Position numbers and translations under genes: made by a program | Notes under the pieces: model-generated | Told to the model about the DNA's origin: nothing | What the model saw: the letters and a program-made list of their open reading frames with translations, nothing else | The model's database searches: none | Part shown: piece by piece, positions 55,934 to 64,000 of the stretch | Layout of the letters: every line of letters begins with the position of its first letter | Numbering within the stretch: position 1 is the stretch's first letter | Virus record (IMG/VR): IMGVR_UViG_3300028914_000003 | Span: 68,636-132,635 of that record | DNA length: 64,000 nt | From: a virus | Taxonomy: Duplodnaviria; Caudoviricetes | Direction: 5' to 3' (one strand)

Positions 55934-56647
55934 TTATTGGTTAAAAATCTCGTCGATGTCTTCACGTGTGCCCATGTTCTGCTGACGGTCCTCTTCAATC
56001 TGCTCCTGCACATCCTCACGAATCGTCTCCGTGTCGGCGATGCCCTGAGCGGCACGCATCATCTCAGGCACGGTATCAATCACTCCATCGGGGTTATCGC
56101 CCTCTATGAACCTCTTGAACTCATCACCAGTCATGGTCTCTAATATGACTTTTCCCATATCTTCAATAATTTTTCTTTTTGGATTCTTGAAACAGATTCT
56201 CTTGCCGTCAGAGGTCAGTATGTACTTGCCGTCGCTTCCGCACAGGTAGTCATCACCGTCGATGCTGACGCTCCACACCTCCTCATAGTGTACGACATGC
56301 TTGCATTTACACTGTGAAGATACATCAGATTCACGAACTTTGCAAGGGCATCCCCTGTAGGCCACCCTGAAGAGCTCCTGGAAGTCCCTGAAGATGCGCT
56401 TCTGACCATCGAAATCATCATCCTCGTAAGCCCCTGTGAAGTAGGCGTAGAACACTCCCTTGTGGATAGGGTCGATGGTAAAGTACCACTGTCCCTGGTC
56501 GTCCCAGAAGCAGTCGTTCTTGGTGATGGTCTGGCGCTGCCGTCCGTACTGGTCCAATATCACTATGACGAAGTCATCCTCCGACAGCTGGAAGTCCGGC
56601 TGCGAGGTCGTCACCCTGAATTTCTTGTTTTCGCCTGGGTAGTTCAT
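55934..56647 (-). CDS. putative tail/fibre anchor protein (237 aa, start MNYPGE)
   Basis: Beta-rich N-terminus; C-terminal EDIDEIF. Confidence 0.65.
   Translation of the reverse strand: MNYPGENKKFRVTTSQPDFQLSEDDFVIVILDQYGRQRQTITKNDCFWDDQGQWYFTIDPIHKGVFYAYFTGAYEDDDFDGQKRIFRDFQELFRVAYRGCPCKVRESDVSSQCKCKHVVHYEEVWSVSIDGDDYLCGSDGKYILTSDGKRICFKNPKRKIIEDMGKVILETMTGDEFKRFIEGDNPDGVIDTVPEMMRAAQGIADTETIREDVQEQIEEDRQQNMGTREDIDEIFNQ
56315..56350 (-). promoter_or_regulatory. intragenic phage late-type promoter motif
   Basis: TGCCCTTG-N20-TATCTTCA. Confidence 0.55.
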
Positions 56648-56655
56648 ATTCTTCT

Positions 56656-57912
56656 CTATGTTAGTTCCGTGATGATATCCTCGCAGGTGGCTGCCGATGC
56701 AAACGTCAGCACGTCCTGCTTTGCTGTGAGCGCTGTGTAGATGCCGCCGGAAGTGACGACATTGGTGCTGTTCTCCGTGGGCACGGTGTCGAACTGCATC
56801 TGGGCAAGGACATCGCGTGCCAGCTCGTCGCGCTCGGCCTGCGTCATAGAGGCCCAGTCGAGCGACAGCTTCGCGCCGCGCACATACTGCTGGGTGGCAT
56901 AGTCCCATGAGTAGAAGTATCCGGCATCGCCGGGATGCGACAGCGTGCCGTCGGCGATATACGGCGGATGACCGGCGATGTTCTCACTGCGGCTGTGGTC
57001 CTGCTGGGCCTGTGTGTGGTCGGCGCCTGCCGTCGCGATGGCGGCCTCTATCTGCGGCTTCATGTTCTCCAGCCAGTCTGCCCATGCCGCCGATGCCGCC
57101 TGGTCAAGGTCGGAGAGGAACGTGAACGTGCCCTCAGAGTTCTTGCAGTACAGCCGTGCGTTCTCGGCGCTCGTGGGGTCTGTCGTGGCGATGATGACGA
57201 ACTTTCCCTGCGGCACGTTCTGCGCGTCGGCGTTCATTGCCGCAACGCTCTGGTAGGTGCGGTATATCTCGAAGCCGATGTTCACAGACTGCGGTATGCC
57301 GTTACGGTCGGTGATGGTCACCGTCATGTTAAAGAGCTGTGCGTTGACACGGGAGGCTCCTGCTGTAGCGACGTCGGCAGCCTGCGCTTTCTCGTCGGCA
57401 TTACGGGCGGCGGTATTCGCTGCTCCTGCCGCGCTGTTGGCAAGCGCTGCCTTTGAGTCAGCATTCTGCGCTGCCGTACCGGCGGCTCCTGCCGCGCTGT
57501 TGGCAAGCGCTGCCTTTGTGTCTGCGTTCTGCGCTGCCGCGTTTGCCATTGACGCTGCCAGTGCTGCTGCTGCCGCCTCGTTATCAACGCGTATCATCTC
57601 ACCGTCGTCGTTACGATACAGCCAGTCGCCGTTGTAGTGCCAGTACATACCCTGGTACACGCCCTGGTTGTCGTAGTAAGGCTCGATGGTCAGTGCCACC
57701 TCTTCGCCTACCATGCCCAGCAGCATACTTATCAACTGCGGTATCAGCACCTTCTTGGCGCTGTTCTGCTCGGCGCCTGCAGCCTGCAGCAGTATGCTGT
57801 CGGTCTTCAGTACACTTGTAGCCGTCTGAAACACCGGCAGTACGTCGGCAGGTGTCAGCTGGTCGATTCTTACGGTGTATTCGACATTGTCGATAGTTAC
57901 ATGTCCTTCCAT
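56656..57912 (-). CDS. tail fibre-like protein with Ala-rich coiled coil
   Basis: AQNADxKAALANSAAGAA repeats; DTVPTENSTNVVTSGGIY; C-terminal TCEDIITELT. Confidence 0.7.
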   Translation of the reverse strand: MEGHVTIDNVEYTVRIDQLTPADVLPVFQTATSVLKTDSILLQAAGAEQNSAKKVLIPQLISMLLGMVGEEVALTIEPYYDNQGVYQGMYWHYNGDWLYRNDDGEMIRVDNEAAAAALAASMANAAAQNADTKAALANSAAGAAGTAAQNADSKAALANSAAGAANTAARNADEKAQAADVATAGASRVNAQLFNMTVTITDRNGIPQSVNIGFEIYRTYQSVAAMNADAQNVPQGKFVIIATTDPTSAENARLYCKNSEGTFTFLSDLDQAASAAWADWLENMKPQIEAAIATAGADHTQAQQDHSRSENIAGHPPYIADGTLSHPGDAGYFYSWDYATQQYVRGAKLSLDWASMTQAERDELARDVLAQMQFDTVPTENSTNVVTSGGIYTALTAKQDVLTFASAATCEDIITELT

Positions 57913-57927
57913 ATCTTATTCGTTTTA

Positions 57928-60900
57928 TTATTGACTTAATGCTGCTATATTACCATAGATGTCACGTCTTTCAAGAATGTACCAGTAAGTACCATTACTC
58001 AAAAGTCTTACATACATTGTATCTTTTGATAACTGAATGTAATTCGATTGAATGGTTCCCTGCCTGTATGTGGCATCAAAGAACGTCCAATTTGCAACAT
58101 TAGGGTCTGTTCCAATATGCCATAAATAATTGTTGTCGCCCTTATAAATCTCTATTTGCTTTCCCTCTATTCCCGACGGATTTGGAATATATATACAATG
58201 CCTGTCAGGCCAATCTCGCTGCAAAAACACTATATCAAGCAGACCACAACCAACGTATTCGCAGTTTGTCATTACATATCCGTCATCAGAATGACTGCTA
58301 TAATCTTCCGGCGCTACATAGTCACCCATTGTAGTATGTCCGTCAGCGTATGTCCAAAGATACGAAACACTGCCGTTAGAAGTGCTGAAGAAGCCCATAT
58401 TCTGATAGATGCCTTTAGACTTGATGATGCCGCCAAAGGCTGCATTTCCTTTACTTATCAGGTTTCCTGCGGCATCAACGGAGAAAGTATTCTCTCCTGC
58501 GCTGTTCTGGATGACAAAGTTGTCAGTGGTAGCCTTGATAAGTCCTGCGGTTATGTCGATGCCGGTCTTTGTCAGACCATCCTCCACTTCCATATTGATA
58601 CGACGCGCTGTCTGCTCAAAGATAGATGTGAAATCGCTTGGTGTCACAACAAAGCCCTTTTGTAACTTTATATCAGAAATCCATACATCCGCTGGGGTCG
58701 AATTATCCCCATAATATGTGGCAAGGATATTCATCTTTGTAGTCACATCATTGCTCTTCGAGACATACAGGTGAATGAAGTATTGTTTCCATACATTTGA
58801 CAGCCTGATTCTTTGGTCTCCGTCAGCACGAGCTCCTTCAAGTATTGAGCCCGTCTTTCCGTCATCATACAACTTTTCACCTATATTATCATCACCGATA
58901 TTTCCAGCACAATATGACCTGATAATGAATCCGTTTGCCGATGAGCACTTTGCCCAAAAACTTAAAGTATAGATATCTCCTGCCTCAAAAGTTATACCGT
59001 TTTGGCTTTGCAGACATAATGTATTACCTGACATATTATCTTTATAATAGCAGGTACGGTTATCTATCAACTCTGGACCGACTATACCATTCTGTTTCGT
59101 GATGTCAGTGATAAGATTACTCCCTCCTTTATATTCAAGGTCCTCGTCTGCTTCGACAAAGCACGTAGCTATATCACCACGCTCGATTTTCAGGTGGCGA
59201 ATGTATATGTTATAGTCGTTAGTGTATTGCGCCTCAAAGTCTATCCAACCGTTCAAAGCTGTATAATCTATCAATTTTTGGTTTGGAATATTGTAATGAA
59301 GTTCAAAACTCTTCCATGTCGTATTCAGCGAAATATTCACAGATGTTGTAATAGACCCTTTGTTCAATTCAGGATTTACATCACAGAGGTTCACATTGAC
59401 ATTACCGTTATTTGACGACAGTTTTGCTTGGAATGTAACGACAAAATCTCCTCCTACCGTTCCAAATCCAAGGTTACCTATACGACCTTGTTTTTTCCCG
59501 TTATATGAAGAATTTACAATGGCTCCATAGCCTTGAATCCATGGACATACACCCCAATTATCGTAGTTCATCACACAGCCCTTGCTGAATCCAAACAGAT
59601 TCCTGTTGAACGAGCCTGCCTTTGACTGTCTTTCGGAGAACTGCTGCGTCAAACCCTTTGCGGATGTCTGAATATCAACGGTATATGCTCTTTTAATCAC
59701 ATTGCCCATTCCTGCGGGCGTGTAGTCTGTCTGTTGTCCAAACACACTCTCCACGCCGCCGATAATAGTTCTTGCCAACGTGCCAAGACGGGTAACAAAG
59801 AACGGAATCCTGACAACGAACGAGAAACGACCGTCTGCCGTGGTACCGCCACTTGAAGCAACCGTAGAGACCGTAAACTGAATATAACCTTCTGTTGCTC
59901 CATCAGTAATACTGGTAAACGATACCGTCAATGTCTGCGTACCATTACCAGACACCGTTGCGTCACAGTTGCTTTTCGTCAGTGTTCCTGTCTGGATTAT
60001 ATACTGCGCATCATTTCCCTGCTTAATCTGAACAGTCGGATTTACATCCGTTAAGTCAAGTTCTGCAGCACCTGTCTGCGCATTATAGCTTTCATTGAAG
60101 ATTGACACATCAGGATTGACAATAATACTGAAGCCGTTGGCGCCATTGTCACCGTTCTCCACATACTTTACCGGTCCTTCCCAGGCACTACTCAGAATCT
60201 CAACACGCTCAGTTGTGCCAGACACAGCAGCCTGTATAGTGAAGATAGGTGCCGTGCCGCTTGGTATGGTACGAGTCCAGTCATTAAGTTTTCTGGTGTC
60301 GATAGCCGTTTCTATATTGCCGGATTCGGTAGTATACAGTTTTCCGTTGGAGAACTGATACCACGCCGAGCTGCTCGGCTTGGCGGGTGTCGGATTCTGT
60401 GTCGTAGGCGTATAACGCTGATAGAGAATAACAGTAGCCGAACTACGACCTGCTGGTCCTGCCGCACCGTCCTTTATAACTGGGACTGTCTCTCTGTCGA
60501 GAAGCGTGCCCGCGCTGTTGAACATGGCGATATAGACATTCTGCTTGTCGTTGGCAACGGTGATACAGCCGGCACTTGGCCATTCCGTTCCATATCCCAT
60601 GCCTTCAGGCATACTGTCAAAGCTGTAGCGAATCAGGGCGATACCATAGGCAGAGGGATTGATTTCAGAAACCACACCGCTGTCGGTCTTTACTATTTTC
60701 AGCGTCAGCGTTCTGGAGGCAGGCGTGTAGGCACCGTTCGCGTACGCAAACGGGATGGACGACATACCCGGCTTCAGCTGGAAGATGGCCAGTCCTTTGG
60801 ATGACGACAGCGTAAAGCGCGCCGTATATGGCTTGCTGTTATAGGAGCAGCTGATGGTGATGTCGTAGATATCCTGGAGCCTCATGGCAGTGGTAAACGC

Positions 60901-63900
60901 CCATGTCAGCACCTTACCCTTGCCGTCGGCGGCATCGGTGATGGCAGGACTGAGTGTTTGAGACTGTCCACTGGCATCTGTATAGGTAATGCCTGATACA
61001 GTAAGATTGCTCATGCTCTGTAGGCTGCTGCCGTCGTAGACATGTACTGTGGTCACAACATTCCGTGCTGCCAGCACCTTACCATCAGAGTCTGTCTGCA
61101 CCATGTCCATCTCGTTGTCGATGTCCATGCGCACGCTGTTCTCCCCGTTCTTTGCATAGCGGTCGATGATCACCGGCGTCTGCCAGCCGGACCACCGGTT
61201 ACCCATGTACTTGTTCACGCTCTGGTACATCACCTGTCCCTGAGCCGTGAAGCCGGGGTTATCATCGTACCAGCCGCCGTCGACGTCCCAGTCAGGTATG
61301 ACGGGGTTGCCGGCAGTACCCGGGTGGTTCTGATTAAGGACTGTCACCGTCGGCTTATTACCCTGCGAGTCGTCTGCAGCACGGTAGTAGGCGAACTCCA
61401 CACCACTGCCGTCCTGTCCCCAGTAGGACACCAGGGTATAGACGATCTTCGGATAGGTGATACCGCCGACGGTGACCGCCTGCTCCTGGCCGTTCACATA
61501 GTATCTGGCCGTATCTCTGGCATAGAGGTACTTGTTCGTGGCGTTGTAGTTGGCGGGAGTGCTCTCGCTCCAGGAGGATTCCGGCAGGCCTGCCAGCTGC
61601 TGCGCCGTCTTCGTGGACGCCGATGCGTAGTAGTCGCGGTCGTGGATGACGGTGATGGTGTTGCCGGTGCCCATGGTGCCATACACATACACGTAGGTCT
61701 GTTCGGAGTCCGAGAATGTCGTGATGGTGACATAGTGGATGAACTTTCCTTCCTGGGCCGCCGGGCAGTGTTCGTATATATAGGGAGATTCGGAGCTGCT
61801 CGAGCTGTCGGAACTGCTCGATCCATGGTCGTACGGTGGCGGCGTGCTGCTGTCCATCGGGGCGGTATAGAGGGTGATGCTGCCTGTCATCCTCGTGGCC
61901 TCTGCAGACACGCCGGTATCGACACCGCCGATATACCAGTTGCCGTCGTCGCCGACGGATATCTGCGCGCCGTTGCGCAGGATGGGCACACCCTCCGACT
62001 CGTAGTCCTTGCCGTCGAGCTTGACGGCGAAGACAATCTCGTCAATCGTATCAAAGCGCTTCTGGCTTGAACCTGCGATGGCGTCGTTCTGTATGCCTGC
62101 GCGGAACTGGGCGAACGTCTTCGGCACGCCGTTGATAAAGAATGTCAGGCTGTCATGGATATCGCCGGAATCGGTAATCTCCGTCAGCTGGTTGTTGCTG
62201 TCGTATGACAGCAGCTTGCAGGTGACCGTTTCAGCGGTATAGTCGTATTCGGCATTCTCGATGGTCTTCCTCTGAGCGTTCCACGTGCCGCCCTTCATGG
62301 TACCTATCACCTGTCTGACGCTCGGCGCGATGACATAGACAGCCTTGTCGGTAGTGACGTTCAGTGTGAAGGGCATGACATTCTCGTACTCCACGCCGTC
62401 GACGATGGTGGTGACATTGAACAGCAGAACATTGCTGACGCCTATCTCCTTTGTCACGCCACTCTCGGTGTATGTCTTATGGATACTGGCGACGGGGATG
62501 ACAATCTCCGCGGCCATGTGGGCGCTGGCCGGGTAGATGACCGTGCCTTCGGCATTCCTGTAGTCTGCCCAGCGCAGCGTGTACGGCAGGCCGGAGGCGG
62601 CATGGAGCCATCCCGGCGTGTTCAGCAGCACGATATCGGGGACGGCTGGGGTGACGCCGTTCTGCGACTGTATCATCACAGGCTTGCCGGCACTCGAGGC
62701 CGTCAGCGGAATGACGATGCTCCCGGTGTTGGTCCAGGCGCCGTTCTTCGTGCTCCAGTTGACGGCAGCCACCTCGTTATGGCTCTCCACGCTCACGGTG
62801 TCCGTGGGGATATGGACGAGCTGCACGCGGTAGTCCTTTGTCACGGCCGTCTTGCCCTCGAGGTTCAGCGTCACATGGACGACACACTCCTTCATCGAGC
62901 GCATCAGCTGATACTCCTCCGGCGTCCTGTTATAAGAGGTATTCGGATTCGTGCCAGCGTCGCCGTCGTTACAATGCCAGATACCTGTTATATATACCGT
63001 GGAGCCATTCACTTTCACGTTACAGCCGGAGCCGAGCGCCTCCATGGTAAAGTTTCCCTCACCCAGCACCTCGCTGTCATCGACGGCCTTGCAGAGATGC
63101 AGATAGCTGCCGCCCTTCATGACGGTGGCAGAAGTGAAGAAGCGATAGGCGTAGTACTCGTTGTTGTCGGCATCCTTACTCACCGTACGGTAGCCGCCGA
63201 CGATATTGCCGGAGGGGTCGATGGTGGCACTGTCGGAGGACTTCGTGAGTTCCACGGAGTAGGTGTCTTCGCCGTCCTCTGCCTTGCGTACATAGCCGAC
63301 GGTGGCACGTGCAAGCACTATCTGCGCTGCGTTCTCCATCCAGAGATTGATGCTCTTCTCGGCGCTGAACTCCTTGACGGGAAGGACAGCCACGCCGCCG
63401 GAGAATACCAGCTCCTTCAGGTTGTCATCGGTCTCCTCTTCGTCGGCAGGCAGGTAGTAGACATGCAGGCCGGCCTGGTCGATATGTGTCTGGTCGACAT
63501 AGGCGACACTGCCGTCCTGTGCCTTGGCACGGATACGCACGGTGACGCCGCCGGCAGGCGTATAGGTCTTGGTCTCCGGGTCGTACTGTACGATGGCATC
63601 CGATAGCTCCAGCTCGTAGGACTCCACCGTCTCTGCATAGACGGTGATGATACCCGTGGAGAGCGGTGCGATGACCATGCCGCCGGAGCTGCCCGACGAG
63701 CTGTCGGAGCTGTCTGAAGAACTGCCGGAGCTGCCGGAGTCGCTGGAGCTGCTCTCCTTCTCGCCCCAGGCAGTGACGGTGAACGTGGCAGCCACGGCAG
63801 CTCCGAAGTCGTCAATGCCGCTGCGCTGGTGATAGAGCGTGATCTGGCCGTCAGGCATCCTCTTTGCCGTCGCCGGGTCAGGGGTCTCGCCTGCAGGGAT

Positions 63901-63999
63901 ATACACACCGGGATAGCTCCATAAGAGATCTGCCTCGGCATTGCCGGTATTACGGGTGATGGTCCAGAAGAGAACGCCCTCGGCGGTATCGCTCCAGCC
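57928..63999 (-). CDS. very large tail/host-specificity protein, truncated at its 5' end by the window
   Basis: Frame stays open to the window edge (..WTITRNTGNAEADLLW..); Ig-like repeats, GxDG linkers, two CBM-like domains (VVTFQAK, YTLSFWAK) in a lower-GC distal part. Confidence 0.8.
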   Translation of the reverse strand, partial: GWSDTAEGVLFWTITRNTGNAEADLLWSYPGVYIPAGETPDPATAKRMPDGQITLYHQRSGIDDFGAAVAATFTVTAWGEKESSSSDSGSSGSSSDSSDSSSGSSGGMVIAPLSTGIITVYAETVESYELELSDAIVQYDPETKTYTPAGGVTVRIRAKAQDGSVAYVDQTHIDQAGLHVYYLPADEEETDDNLKELVFSGGVAVLPVKEFSAEKSINLWMENAAQIVLARATVGYVRKAEDGEDTYSVELTKSSDSATIDPSGNIVGGYRTVSKDADNNEYYAYRFFTSATVMKGGSYLHLCKAVDDSEVLGEGNFTMEALGSGCNVKVNGSTVYITGIWHCNDGDAGTNPNTSYNRTPEEYQLMRSMKECVVHVTLNLEGKTAVTKDYRVQLVHIPTDTVSVESHNEVAAVNWSTKNGAWTNTGSIVIPLTASSAGKPVMIQSQNGVTPAVPDIVLLNTPGWLHAASGLPYTLRWADYRNAEGTVIYPASAHMAAEIVIPVASIHKTYTESGVTKEIGVSNVLLFNVTTIVDGVEYENVMPFTLNVTTDKAVYVIAPSVRQVIGTMKGGTWNAQRKTIENAEYDYTAETVTCKLLSYDSNNQLTEITDSGDIHDSLTFFINGVPKTFAQFRAGIQNDAIAGSSQKRFDTIDEIVFAVKLDGKDYESEGVPILRNGAQISVGDDGNWYIGGVDTGVSAEATRMTGSITLYTAPMDSSTPPPYDHGSSSSDSSSSSESPYIYEHCPAAQEGKFIHYVTITTFSDSEQTYVYVYGTMGTGNTITVIHDRDYYASASTKTAQQLAGLPESSWSESTPANYNATNKYLYARDTARYYVNGQEQAVTVGGITYPKIVYTLVSYWGQDGSGVEFAYYRAADDSQGNKPTVTVLNQNHPGTAGNPVIPDWDVDGGWYDDNPGFTAQGQVMYQSVNKYMGNRWSGWQTPVIIDRYAKNGENSVRMDIDNEMDMVQTDSDGKVLAARNVVTTVHVYDGSSLQSMSNLTVSGITYTDASGQSQTLSPAITDAADGKGKVLTWAFTTAMRLQDIYDITISCSYNSKPYTARFTLSSSKGLAIFQLKPGMSSIPFAYANGAYTPASRTLTLKIVKTDSGVVSEINPSAYGIALIRYSFDSMPEGMGYGTEWPSAGCITVANDKQNVYIAMFNSAGTLLDRETVPVIKDGAAGPAGRSSATVILYQRYTPTTQNPTPAKPSSSAWYQFSNGKLYTTESGNIETAIDTRKLNDWTRTIPSGTAPIFTIQAAVSGTTERVEILSSAWEGPVKYVENGDNGANGFSIIVNPDVSIFNESYNAQTGAAELDLTDVNPTVQIKQGNDAQYIIQTGTLTKSNCDATVSGNGTQTLTVSFTSITDGATEGYIQFTVSTVASSGGTTADGRFSFVVRIPFFVTRLGTLARTIIGGVESVFGQQTDYTPAGMGNVIKRAYTVDIQTSAKGLTQQFSERQSKAGSFNRNLFGFSKGCVMNYDNWGVCPWIQGYGAIVNSSYNGKKQGRIGNLGFGTVGGDFVVTFQAKLSSNNGNVNVNLCDVNPELNKGSITTSVNISLNTTWKSFELHYNIPNQKLIDYTALNGWIDFEAQYTNDYNIYIRHLKIERGDIATCFVEADEDLEYKGGSNLITDITKQNGIVGPELIDNRTCYYKDNMSGNTLCLQSQNGITFEAGDIYTLSFWAKCSSANGFIIRSYCAGNIGDDNIGEKLYDDGKTGSILEGARADGDQRIRLSNVWKQYFIHLYVSKSNDVTTKMNILATYYGDNSTPADVWISDIKLQKGFVVTPSDFTSIFEQTARRINMEVEDGLTKTGIDITAGLIKATTDNFVIQNSAGENTFSVDAAGNLISKGNAAFGGIIKSKGIYQNMGFFSTSNGSVSYLWTYADGHTTMGDYVAPEDYSSHSDDGYVMTNCEYVGCGLLDIVFLQRDWPDRHCIYIPNPSGIEGKQIEIYKGDNNYLWHIGTDPNVANWTFFDATYRQGTIQSNYIQLSKDTMYVRLLSNGTYWYILERRDIYGNIAALSQ

Positions 64000-64000
64000 C

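Overview
This window is a 64-kb segment of a large Bacteroidetes siphovirus-like phage. The TAnnTTTG promoters point to Bacteroidetes, and the codon style suggests Prevotella (inference). It looks like a phage-plasmid: a Rep_3-type initiator, an iteron origin, ParA plus a ribbon-helix-helix partner with centromere-like repeats, and a hicAB locus, with no integrase in the window. Virion genes present: terminase, portal, S49 protease/scaffold, capsid with a C-terminal Ig-like domain, tail tube, a ~3970-aa tape measure, and a minus-strand tail/fibre cluster that runs off the right edge. Accessory genes include a Tad2-like sponge, a DNA methyltransferase, a minimal nucleotidyltransferase and an ACP-like protein. 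Most notable observations: (1) a candidate virion-glycosylation system, made of a Stealth-GT-GT fusion enzyme and Asp/Ser tags on five structural proteins; (2) an 11-copy phage-specific promoter motif, YGCCCTTG-N20-TATCTT; (3) a cascade of late promoter, structured antisense-overlapped leader, Mor-like HTH and operator-flanked Cys-rich operon; (4) an IS605 element that splits the hicA start codon and carries a dead tnpA; (5) matching N- and C-terminal motifs that suggest daisy-chained fibre proteins, with a tRNA minihelix between two of the genes. Family calls come from motif recognition by eye; no searches were run.
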